This document shows positions 30,847 through 44,000 of a stretch of DNA of 64,000 nucleotides, one piece after another. Location of the stretch: contig OZ059898.1 of assembly GCA_964057225.1 (NCBI GenBank), forward strand, positions 6,820,001-6,884,000. The letters are read 5' to 3'. Below the pieces are notes generated by a model. It did not search any database and was not told the DNA's origin. It worked only from the letters and a program-made list of their open reading frames with translations. Every line of letters begins with the position of its first letter. Position 1 is the first letter of the stretch. The DNA comes from Auanema rhodensis. Lineage: Eukaryota > Animalia > Nematoda. The position numbers were made by a program, and so were the translations under genes.

Positions 30847-33435
30847 CTTCACCACAACTATAGTTGTTAATTTTTTTATCGGATGAGCTACATACTCGTG
30901 CACATTTCATCTAACATGGCTTTTCCCGTTTTTATTGTTTCTTAAACTTCCTTTTTAGGAATGTTGTTATAATTTAATAATTGTGCTCAAGTGTGTCGAG
31001 CTCATTAATATTATATACTATAAAGTTGCATAACTATGACCGGTATTTGGTTGACCCCCATTGTTTTAGTTTCTTGCTGCGTTTTTACGTTGCGTTATAT
31101 TTGCTCAACGAATAAATATATTAAAGCAGATTTTTAGTAAGCCTGGGGTGAGGGAATCTTATTAGCTTGAAAACTGTTTGGTACTCACACATGTTTATGT
31201 TGGTTGGATGTATTGGCTTGTTCAGGTAGAAGATATTTTCCGTTCCGTTAGGAACATGGATCCGCTCCTGTTGGAATGTGGTCGCATTGATGTCAGCATG
31301 AATAAATTTAAATGTCCTATTGCTCATCCATATCCATTTCACACTGTCCTCAATTTATTTTGAATACTGCACGCACGTGTTCCTTTGCTTGCTAAGTGTG
31401 CTTTTTCGTTTTGCTTTCAATTTTGGGATCTGAGGAACTGCTTTTACCATTATGTATAAGCTATCCATTTGTTTTATGTAAATGTTGTTTTATCTATTCA
31501 ACTTTGTTGTCGTTTTACCGCCATGGTATCCATAGTATTAACATCGTGTCAACGCAACTACTTACCACTTACTACCTTTCTTGTATTGACTACTGTTGCT
31601 TTTGCTTCTATTTTGCATTGCTAGTTTGATGTACTGAGGAACGTTGCTATTCTGCTTATTGCATGCTTTGATCGTTGCTTTATTGAAAGAGATTACAGTT
31701 TCAGATTTTATTATTTTCGTCAGGTGTCTACAAGATGTCGAGGGTTGATCTTTGTTTTTATATTTATTGATATGTGTAGCTTTTTGAAGCAGACAAGGCA
31801 CCCGATAAAGTTTTCTATTGGAATCTTTGAAGTTTTAATGATATGCATAAGAATTCATATTTTTTCGTTTGACGGGCGGTTTTTCATGTAAACAATATAT
31901 ATATATGTTCTTGAAGTTGATTCTTCAAGTAAACTCAACATTCCATTTCTAAAATGGAGAACTACAAAAGTTCAAACTATACTGAATAAATTCTGTGTCC
32001 AGAGGTTTGTCACAACATTGATTACATTAATGCTGGTAAGTATTTATCCAAAATCATTTCTGAAAAACATCCATATTTTAAGAAATTACTCTCATTTTGT
32101 GAGAGTTTAGGTAGTTGGTCGTATGTTATAGCGTTTTCACTACAAGCTTTCAAAACAATCTTATTCATTTTATTTTCTCAAATTTTATGCTGCGTGTGGA
32201 ATTCGTTCAGAATCGTGCAATAATATGTTAGTAGATTCCCAAGTATTATTGGTATCCGCAAGAACAATTCTATATTTTTTCGGTTGGTTGTCGTACAAGC
32301 ATTTGATATTGAAATTTATTTCTTTTAATTTACTAGAAATGAATAATATTTTTACAGTAGATATATAGTAAGATAAAAGGTTGTTCAAAGAGCTCATATG
32401 TGTTTATTGCTAACCTTTTTTTTCTTCATTCGCCTTTGTTTTACTTATTATTCATTGAATGCATGACAATTGCCTTTTTGTTTTTCCAAATTATGATAAT
32501 TGATTTTCTTCATTGAGTATGAAACATTTGTTTGGTAGCAGGTGCAATTTTCCAAAACGACAATTAGAAGCCTTATTCGAAAGTACGAGAATGTTGAATT
32601 CATGAAAGATGGAAAGATCTAATTATTTCTTCTAACAATTCGTCTCAGGATGAATGAACGTGCGCTGAAACTCTTATCTATTATATGGTTATTTTCCAAA
32701 GCTTGTTGTTGTGGATGCTATGGTACTAAGTTCAGAATTTTCAAATATTCTGCGAATCCTTTTGAATGTATGAAACAACGCCTCCAATTAACATGGAACA
32801 TCCAGTTTAAATCATCAATATTCTTTGTTTCAATTTTTCATTACTCCAGTTCTTCAGAGAAAGAAAAACTTTTTTTATAGCTGCTATTGCAAGCATCATT
32901 TTTCCAATTCATACATCAGATGAATCACATGAAGAATTGCTCTTTTTCCCCTTCGGGAAATAGATCACTTCTTTTCATTCTATGGGAACTATAGAATACT
33001 TATTGCTTCCATGTTTTTCTATCAACAATTCGGTTGGGATGTAGCTTGTATGGATGCAAATTCTTTGTATGTTTCTTCTGTTTTGATCTTTTAATTATTT
33101 GTAAAAAGATACGCTCGGAGCTAATTTTCTGGAACCATCTCATTAGTAATTTCGCACTTTTTCTATTTATTCCATCTACTTCGGTCATACCAATTCTCTA
33201 TTATGCTTTCTAAGGTTCTCCTTCCTGGGCGTACTACTTCATTGTTCATTTATAATGCATCATCTAGTCTCTTTGCTCTAGTCTTATAATCTTACTTATA
33301 TTCTCAATCTGTCAGGCTTATATTCTCTTTTTTATAAAATCTTTTTCCATCAAAATATTGTCATGTTCGAGAGTTTATCTTTTTTTGCTCGTGAAAACAT
33401 TAGTTTACCATACCATACTCGTTTAAGTTTTAGAC

Positions 33436-33687
33436 ATGTCGTCTAGCATTTGCCGTTTTTTGGTTTTCTTCTTACTTTTAAACATTGTCGCAGCACATTA
33501 TTATTGGTTTGAAATGCCAGGTACTCTCAAGGTAATACAATTTGAAAATATGATTAAGCTATAACATATTATTCAGTTCAATGATGATTCTGATATGACT
33601 GTTGAAGATGAGCCCATGCAAATGCAGAAACGTTTTCGTATAAAATACATTCGTAACATGAATCGCCTGAATCCTAGTAATTTCTGA
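33436..33687 (+). CDS. 68-aa secreted prepropeptide (neuropeptide-like); exons 33436-33531 and 33577-33687
   Basis: ttttag-ac-ATG acceptor context; 45-nt phase-0 intron AAG|gtaata...attcag. Protein: MSSSICRFLVFFLLLNIVAA-HYYWFEMPGTLKFNDDSDMTVEDEPMQMQ-KR-FRIKYIRNMNRLNPSNF*. AATAAA signals follow at ~33752-33761. Confidence 0.8.
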
Positions 33688-34246
33688 TAAATTCGAACGA
33701 TAAGAAGTATCATACTCTCTTGAACAATATTATTTTGTCGCAATGAACATAAATAAATAAAAGTAATATTTTAATAGATCTATGTACAGTCATAAACATA
33801 AATAATACGGAATATATCAACTATTTAACAATAATTCTACCCATATTAAGGATCCAGTTGCACAAGTACTTGTCATTAAACTATTAAAGAGAATCAACAA
33901 TAAAAATATATAATTGGTTTTACTTAATTACTGATTACTAACGAAGAGTTGAAGTAGGGAAATATATTAAGTGAATGTAGCCAATGAGCATCATAAAGCT
34001 TTTCCTGAATAGGAATGAAAAGAATGAGCATAAAAGATGTAATTCTTTTTATGTCTAAGAGCTTTTGCGAAGGCTATGTATATATGTATATATATAGATA
34101 TAGATATTAAAAAATAGTTTTAAATATCTTGAATAAAAAAATATTAAAAAATTCTAATTGATAGGCAAATATATCAGCTAATACCATAATATGACATCTT
34201 GAACAATAACCGCTAGGTCAAACCCAAATATAATTTCTCAATATTA

Positions 34247-37200
34247 TTAATTGACAGCCATGGATTTGGCTTCAAATATGGATAGAGAAGCCTGAGACAT
34301 CCCGAAAACGAGTGGTCGATGACGCGATGGTCGGGGTGCTGATGGATCCATACGCGATAATTCTGGAAACATTCTGGCTTATTCAACATATTAAAAACTT
34401 AACTCAGTGATCCCTAAATATCAGCATTTTAGCAAAACTCAAAATCAAAGATGAAAACTAGTATATTGACTAGGCACAACTGCTACATATTCTCATGTTT
34501 TTATGAAAAACAACGAACTAACCCTGGGAGAGCTTTTCTACATTCATATTATCATCTGTGGAAGAATTTGGAAGCAAGGACTTTGTTTGCGAAGCTTCAG
34601 AAGAATCCAAGGAAGTTGGTGAGAGATCCTCTTCGCATAGCGTTGGTTCATCTGCAGATGTTGAAGAGGAATTAGATACCGTCATAGCAAGAGGGAGATG
34701 TTCAGGTGAACCTAGAAAAGAAATACAAAATATTGAAACAATTAATAAATTAATACTCTGTTCTGGTACAGTTCCAAGTTCATCAAAAGATTTGAAAATC
34801 ATTGAGCGCTTACGAGCACGATTTGCTAGATTATATGCAGATGCACTTTTGACAGGAAAAGACAAGTCACTAATACCGCTGAAATATATAAACTTTAAAC
34901 CATATGCCTTATGTGAAAAAAAACCTTTCTTCATCATCTTCTTCATCTTCTTCAGTAATATCACTAGCTGAATAGTACATTCCTGTTGTTGCAACAGAAA
35001 TAGAATCATGAATAGCATCATGTGTCGGAATACTACTATTCAAGGACATATAATCAGCAAGTGATGAAGCAGAAATATTATCGTAACGGGAAGGTAATCG
35101 TCTAATAGCATCTGAAATAAACATTTTATTATAAATATTATGAATATATACCATATTATGTGCATCTTATCATATAACCAAGAAACTTGTTTCAACATTG
35201 TTCCCGATTTCATTTTTATAAATTTTCTTTTGGCGCAAATTTGAATTAATTCCCCCAAATAAAACAACTACATGTTGTTCAATAAAACTTTTTTATTGTT
35301 TTATCAAATAGCAGTGAATATACCCGATTCTAGAATAACCCTACTTATATGTACAAATAAACCCGACGAAAAGTATAGCAGATTACGGCGTTATAAACGT
35401 ATTAGTAGTATTAATATTACTCATACCTGGAAGGGGATCTTGACTTTCTCGGGCCGTGGCCATTGTTAGAACACTACAACCGTCCTCGTCGGTTTGATAA
35501 CGACGTCGAGGCTCAGGGGATGTGGGAGCTGTTATGGGTTCTGATTCCTCAACTACAGGATTATGAGTTGCTACTCTATTGCCATCATCCATTGTTAATA
35601 TAACATCGTTAACTTGACGATATTCTTCTTCAGCCTGTCTCGATTCAAGTCTCTGCTTTCCGCTTACAGAATCTTAAAAATTGAGAGTAAGCAACAAGTA
35701 GTGCACTGTCAGTCATACCTGCTCTACCCAAAGTGCTGTCTAAAACCTCTTGGAAGGTTTTCTCATGAGTGGGAATTGGATGATTCAGCCAAGAATGTTG
35801 CCGAATATCAGCTAAGCCTAAAATAGAAAACATGAAACCTGTAAATAATAGAAACAATTTACCAGCTCTTTGTGAAGCAGAAGTAGTAAGACATGACTTA
35901 ATAAGTTGACAACATTCTGAACAACAATTAGCTATTAAAACAAACTTTGAAAGACAAATTACCTTTAGTGAGATAAGTGGGGAACTTGACTCTTGCGAGA
36001 CAAATTTGTATTTCATTTTTGAATGGAAGTTGTCCAGTGACAAGTATATACAATAGTACTCCCAATGACCAACTTGTTGCCTCTAAGGGAAGATATTGAA
36101 GTTGGCGGAACCACTCAGGTGGACAATATGATCGAGTACCTAATATACAATATAGCGAATTGATAAGAGCAACATCATGTATACCTTGAAATTCTTTCTT
36201 CATTGCTTTTTCCGCTGATGCAGTAGCTCCAAAATCAACTAATTTAACCTCGCCTGTTTCCATATCAACAATTATATTTTCATCCTAAATATATAAATTA
36301 TTCGTTATAGTTTTCCTAATTTGAAATTACTTTTATATCCCGATGGATCAATCCATGCTTAGCATACATAGAACAGACAGTATCAACAACTTGAAGGAAG
36401 ATTGCTCTAGCTGTTTGCTCATCTAATCTTCCATATGTTGATACTAAATCGAAAACATCCATACAAGCAAATGGTCTTTCCATCACAATCAAAAATCCTT
36501 TGGAGCTTAAATATACTTTTCAGTTTTCGGAAAACCCTATTCCCTCTGTGTACCTAGCAAACCAATCAATCAGATGTATAACTCCTGGAATATCTCTACA
36601 TGTTTCTAAATGACATAACTCTGATGGTATAAGTTGATTACATGTCTGAAAATTCAGTCATTTTATAAGGAGATTATGGTACGAATACATACCATAGTCC
36701 ATTCTCGTACATGCTTATGTTCTACGAATTTAACGGCAACAGGAAGACTGTCTGATAGTCGAACAGCCTGAAAACCAAACAAAAATATATATTGAAGAAT
36801 AAATTTTCGGCCTACTTTGTATACAATACCGAAACCACCTCTTCCAATCTCATCCAAAACGCCAAACTGACGGCGGAATTCCTTAGCAGAATGTGCTAAA
36901 AATATTTTATTAGTTGGATATGTATATATATATATATATATATATGAACAATATCTTTGAGACTATACGAATTTAAAATAAAAAAACGTATAGTTATCAG
37001 GAAAGGATGAAATAAATTATTTGAAATCGAAAATCACTTTCGCAGAAGTATCTCAAGGCAACTTCAGCTGTTTGTCACCCAATGTTAACGACAAACAAGA
37101 AAAAGCCTCAAGTTGTTAGGACAAACGAGATATTCATAAATATTAAAAAATAAAAAAAACATTAAAATGATGATTATTGATTAAGATGAGAAGTGAAAAC

Positions 37201-37876
37201 TGACCTTTTTGATGAAAAAAATCAACCTTATAAGTGCAGCATACAGTCAGATCCTGCAGCTTGCGCTTTAGCATCCTGCAATAAAAAAATATTAATTAAT
37301 AAAAATATTTGAAAAGGAGATAAATTAAAATTTGGATTGAAAGTTGAAAAAACTGTAAGAATCCAATTCGTTAATAAAATTTTGTTTCTGATGTATACTC
37401 TTGTGTGGAAATAAAATATAAATACATAGTTGATGATAGATGGTAGAAAATTTGAAAGAAAAAGTTTTTTTAACTAAACATAGCTACGTTACTGGAAGAG
37501 GAGAAGTAAAATATCGAACAAAAAAAGTTGTCGTCAATGTCTGGAGGATCTGTCAAAAATTCTGACACAGATACACAAACGCATACACTCATGTACACAC
37601 AGAACTCAGAGAAGCACAATTTATCTACGACGAGTTCTGGGAGGACACCTGATTCCCGAAGTAGAAATATGTTGACCATCAAATGGCGAAGTAGTAGTAC
37701 AACTTTGAATTCAAAAAAAACATGAAAAGATGTTAATATCTAATCAAATAGACAAAAAAAAACTGGAAAAAAGCAATATTTTTATTAAATTGCTTGAGAT
37801 GAGAGACAAGAATTGCAGAGAGTGCAATCATTTGCGCATGGATGAGTTGGGCAAAGTAGGAAGAGAACATTGATAT

Positions 37877-37909
<33 letters not shown>

Positions 37910-37923
37910 ATCTGGGAGGGAAG

Positions 37924-37962
<39 letters not shown>

Positions 37963-40900
37963 AATGAAAGAACTGGAAATCAAATATATCGTAATGATAC
38001 ATCATCTATTCGTTAGGAGGACAATACAAAAAAGATTGAAGGTATGATTGAATGTGTTAAAGATTGAGAGGAGTTAGAGGATAGAAGTGAAAGGGGTGGG
38101 CTTTCCCGGTTATTGAAAATTGCTTGTTTTTTGGTGAACAACTAACTATTGAAACATGATCAGGTAACAATCAAATTTCAACAACATTATTATTATTTGT
38201 GTTTGGAAATATCAGGATTAATGGCTATCGGTTAACAATATGTATGAAATATGTGATGCATGATCATTGAAATAGAAAAAAATAAACAAAAATAATATAC
38301 CAAATCTTTAAAATTTGAATATCTTTATAAATCTTTTTCTATATTTTCATGAACAAGGAAACAAAGAAACATTTGTAGCAAAAGATTAAAAAATTGTGAT
38401 TCAAAGCAGAAAAAGTCATTGTGATGAAACTGTGGCATATATAGCTCTCGAAGGAGAATAGCGAGGTTAGACAAGAAAATCTCAAGAGACAGGCAGTTCT
38501 GCACAAAAGAATAAAGACGGAAGAAGTGTTTGACGGCTGCTAAAGCAGACAAACTACCAAGAAATGTGATAAGAACAATCGGCATTCTGAAGTTTTCAAA
38601 ATTACTAATATTGTTTGAAATGTATTTGAATAACTGCAATATTTCTGAGAAATTAGAGATATAACATGATACTCTTATGCCATTCTCCATTGAAATTTAA
38701 TTTAAAAAAAACAAAAGTTTGCATGAATAGTGAACTAGTTATAATAGGAATCCGTTTTGACGAAGATAGATAGAGAGATAGCGAGAGAGAAAGAGAGAAA
38801 GAGAGACCTGGAGAGATGAATCAAGAAATGAACTAGTGAAGTGGTAATGCGTTGATTTGACTCATAAGGACGGACACACAATTTGATGAACATGATGATT
38901 ATATAGGATGATCATATGAAACTCAATCCTATTTCACTTTATCTTTCGTACTCTTCCCCCATTCTCGTTCGAAATAGAGCAATAAACAATTTAGAAGCAG
39001 AAAAACCAGACGGAACCCGCTACGTTTAAGCACTTGTTGAAGAATCATGTTCAAACTATTACTGAATATTTGTATTTTCAGAAAAGAAATACTAATAAAT
39101 GGAAAACTAAAATGAGCGAAACATGTACATATTTCTTTGAGAAAATTAAGAATATCATACTTCATAAAACCGCTGACTGAACTGTCAAATCTATCATAAA
39201 CATGAAATTAAAAAGAAAATTTTTTCGCGGAAGTCTTACGGATCCCTATTCAAACAAGATAAAAAAATTTAATAGATGAAGAATTGAGACAAAACAGGCT
39301 CAAGGTGCAGAATAGATATAACTGCTCAGTGACAATCTGTCAATGGTGACATAGAGAACGAGAGAGAAACGAAAAAAATCGGAGTTCGAAAGAGCAAAGA
39401 AGAAAACAGAAGGAACAAGCTGATAGCAAGCTTTCTGGAAGCCAGCATTGTGAACTTGTTAGTTCGTATGACAAGATTCTTAGAAGAGGAGACAACTGAA
39501 GATACGGTTATATACAATAGTCAACTAGCTCTTAGAAGTTTTTTATCAGGCTCTTCGAAGCTTTTTTTTTGTACTACTTCAGATTATGATCAAAGAAGAC
39601 GATTCAGCAGACGCGAATTGTTGAAGATTCGCCTCTTTACATGTCTTATAATAGGAGAGCTGTGCATCATCACAAATCACATATTTTCTGACGACCCTTG
39701 AGGGGGTGGCTACGTACTGCAAGATGATATGATCATCTCAGTTGTAGCCTCCTGCTCTTAATCCTTCCGGTTGTTTCAGATGATAATGATGGAAAATGGG
39801 CTTAGACGTTGAATATAAGTTCACTGAGTTAAAAGATTGAACACCAAATTGGGAAAGGACCGAAATAAATCAAATAAGGAAAGCAATTTGTTTTGTATTC
39901 CTCTGCTTTTCTAAATGTTATTTATCATATGTGAACGATTACTAAATTTTTAGAACAACAGAATAAAAGAACAAAGTATAGTAAATGAAAGAAAGGTTAT
40001 TATTAACTAGATTAGTTGGCAGACACTATTAAACTTAAACTTTTACTCAAAGATCTGAAAAAACTAAGAATAAATTCAAAATAAAATAATAGAGTGGTTA
40101 AGAGGATTTATTTGAATTGCTGGTAATAAATACCTTTCCAAATTGTTTATTAGATTTCAAAGTTTGATGAATAAACGACCTCTTGGGTATTGGCACCTTT
40201 TCCAAAATAATGTACCACTTAATAAGGTAAAGTATATGAAAGTCATAGATTCATATCTAACTATATATTAGAATAACAATTAATAATCTCAATATACTAT
40301 AATTAAATATAAAATAAAAATATATTTATATAATTTTAATTTATAAATAAAAAAATGTCTTTTCTTTCAAGTTTTAAGAAGAAATATTAGAATTTCAATT
40401 TCTTTTTATAGTTTCGAGGGTGTTTTTACAAATAACATCCTGTATTTAAGTATGTTAAAGAGGAAAACTGGAGGTACAACTTCACAATATTCAAAATAAA
40501 TACGTTACTTCTTATGTTATTATTACTTATTTCATCTAATATCTCGAGAACATGTGCAAAAGACTGTTGTCCATTTTACTCCATTTCAAAGCATTTGTTT
40601 TCAAATTTCACATTTCAAAAAGAAGTTTTGACAAGATGCTATCTGGCTAAAAGTCTTGTCCTGCAGCGTGTCAAAGTGCATACTTTAGAATTAGCTAATC
40701 AACAAGTCTAAAACTAAGAAAAGGAAAATTAAAAGATATGAGTTTAACAAAAATTTGGTAAAACTGAATAAGAAACGATGGAAAGTTAGTAGAATTTCTT
40801 ATCAAAAATTAAGATATAAAAATAAAAAACAAATGCAATACGGAAGAAAGTGATATATTGGTCAACGAGGAAATGTTTTCCAAGCGTTTACAAGATTTAG

Positions 40901-41054
40901 ATCAGCAACCAACAACAAAAATATTCGAGATATTGAAGATCTTCAACCTGAATGTTCGGAAGAATTAAATCTTCTTTCATCACCTTACCCTAGAACTTTA
41001 GTCTGACCTCCGTTAAGCTATAATACTCTCTTAAATTCTAGACATATTCTATAT

Positions 41055-41087
<33 letters not shown>

Positions 41088-44000
41088 TTCTATCATCGTT
41101 TCTCTTCCGTTATCCTGAATACATACACAAGTGTCAAAAATAAAGAATTTCAAAGTGAGACAGCTGTTCCTCATAAACACAATTCGACTGCAAATGCAAA
41201 ATATATTCCTTAAGCAGTTCACAAAGAAAATATGTCTATTAATTCATTGACATCTTAATAACCCATAAAAATATTTCCTTAAACAAAATTCCAAAAAAAT
41301 GCGATTATTTGAATCCTCGAAACATGGCTGCTATTTGCAAAAAGTGAAAATCGCATTTTCAATCTTATCTTCTCTTTTGTGTCGAACAGATAAACGTTCC
41401 TAAAGATACGTTCATGATCAACGAAGTTCACTCAATCCGTCATGCTTTGAGAGACTAGGGACCGATTTGGATGAAAACAAAACAGCTGCAGGATGAAGCA
41501 AATTAGCATACTTGTGTATCAAATCGTGTTGCAAAAAAACATATGAATGAACATTTTTAAATTTTAAAATAGCATGAACGGTTGTACATAGTTTGCACAT
41601 CTTTATCTATATTTATTGTTTTTTTGTGGTCTTTTTCTCATTTTGCACTATTATTAACATGCAAGATAGTGCTAGAACTTGAGTGATATGAGCGAATAAA
41701 CGTTGTCACAGAACGGAATGAAGTCAAGAGCATGAGAGGTTAAGTGAGATGAAATTCGGCCTGTCATTCTGAAGAGCAATGCGGATAGAAACGCAGAGTA
41801 TGTGGTTCCATCAAATAACCGTGCCAGAATTCACAAACAATCGACAGGTGACGTAAAATTCATGCAAGAAAAAGGTAGAGAACCTTCTGTAAGCCACGTG
41901 AGTCCTGAGGCAAAGATCTCTCAAAGAAATAAACACGTGTCTGTTTTCTTTCTTTACGTGATTAAGAAGAAAAAGAAGAGATGTGTGAATTAAAACAAAG
42001 AAGTACGAACTTCGCGTCATCAGCAGGTTGAAATGAAGATGAGCTGTAAAGTGACAACTGGAAACAATACAAAGGTACAGCGATCTTTACCACAATCCTC
42101 AATATTACGTAATCTCTTGGGGAAATGCCGCAGCATTTTTTAATCTTTTTTTCAGTAAGAAAAGAGCTGTAAAAGTCTGCTTTTGTTTGCTCTGGTCTGC
42201 TTCTCACTTGTCAAAAAGGCGAAATGGATCAACATCACATCAAATAACCTATTTTTTACATTTACAGATAAATAAATGTGACAAAACATTGAGAAGCATA
42301 TCTATGTTGGAGCCAAGGTATGAGAGACTTCAAGTATTCCCATAAAATTTTTTTAAAGAAAAATATAACAAGAGAATGGTAAAAAAAACTTTTGAATAAT
42401 GTCAACTTTCACTATAACGCTAACTTGATACTCTGTTGATAATCAAAGTATCTTATGTCCAACCCAATTTTTTTCAAAGTGCTAAAAGAATAAAAGAATG
42501 TTAAATATTAAAAAAAAAGAAAAAAAGAAAACGAAATACATTTAAAAACAAAAAAAAAAGAAATTAGGTATTACAGTTTCCTTTTTTTATTATTTTCAAG
42601 ATCACTTGTTATTCAATCTTTGTACATGATTAAATGAGGAAGCAGTTAAACGAATGATCATAAATGGATATGTAACAGAAGACAAAAAAAAGAAAAAAAA
42701 AGTTTAAATGAATAGTTCGGTGGTTGTTTGAGATATAAATTCAATTTATAGAAAAGCAAAAGATAGAAGAACAAAATGAAGAAAAAGGAAAAGATGAAGA
42801 AAATAGACAAAATAATGAAGGATCACCGAAAGAAGTGATCAGATCTACGAAAAATAAACTTGATAGATAAAAACTTTCAAAAAGTTAGTTTCATGTCATT
42901 TCGTCAATAAAAAGGAAACAATGATATCTTTTAAAAAACAAAATTTCTCAAATCATATTGAAAAAAACTGCTCTATATATTATATTCATTTTCACACAAC
43001 TAAATTTGATCAAACATAATAATTTTCAGATGTCTTATATCATTTTACAAATGTATTTTTCATAAAAAAAAACATCGAAGTAATGAAATAGTTCATCAAT
43101 CAAACAAAAAAAACCAGGGCTATGACTTGTGAAACAAGCTTACCAAAGCACGAAAAAGTTTTGTGCAATGTGATGAAAAAAAAGAAGCAAGATATCTCAT
43201 CATGAAATAGGAAGAGCAGGAAAAAGCCAGCCAAAAGCCAACCAAAAGTAACACATATGTCCTAAATCGTCTTTACTTATCTTTTTCCTATTCTTGTTTG
43301 ACTATAAAGACCAAACATGGAAAGAATTGGATTCAAAATATGTTTTCTTATTCTTCTAACATTCAATATGATGCATGATCATAATATGCAGATCAAATAA
43401 CATTATTCCCCTATAGCTATTGAAACATAGGAAATGAGATATTGTATGTTAGTAAAGTTTGTGGTGGTAAATGATAAAGAAAAAACTATGAAATTCAATT
43501 CTGTTTTCCAGCATAATATTGCTAAAACATCATGTAAATACATGTTGTCTACATTAAACATTAGATATTTTTATAATCATCGATCTTATGTATTCAAAAT
43601 ATCAATTATTCATAGTAGCTTTCAAACATTTCAAATTTGATAGATCCTTCTATCTCATCATCTTTATTTTCTCAACAGAGAATATTCACACAAATGAAGA
43701 TAGAAAATCAGGCTAGGTACCCTTCATGAGCTTTGTGGAAACAAATCTGGCTCAGTCCAAGAGTGTAGGACAAAGATAAAGAGTCAATGAGATGCTTCTC
43801 TAATAAGAACAGTCCGATAGAGCAAAGTATTTTTTGGTCTCAAATTTGCCCCATTCTTTCATCTCATTTTTTAAAACGAACAACTGGCTCAATAAATTAT
43901 TGTCAAGTCAGCTTTCTAGAAGATTGTTTTCCATTGAAACAATGTCCAAGAACTTTTTCAGATTCCTAATTGTTTTCCTTCGATTTTTCATCGTCGTCAG

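Noticed and set aside
32185-33300. Coding-like purine-rich minus-strand sequence (decayed gene or transposon)
   Set aside because: Stops in all frames, no consistent splice path, no recognisable domain or terminal repeats.
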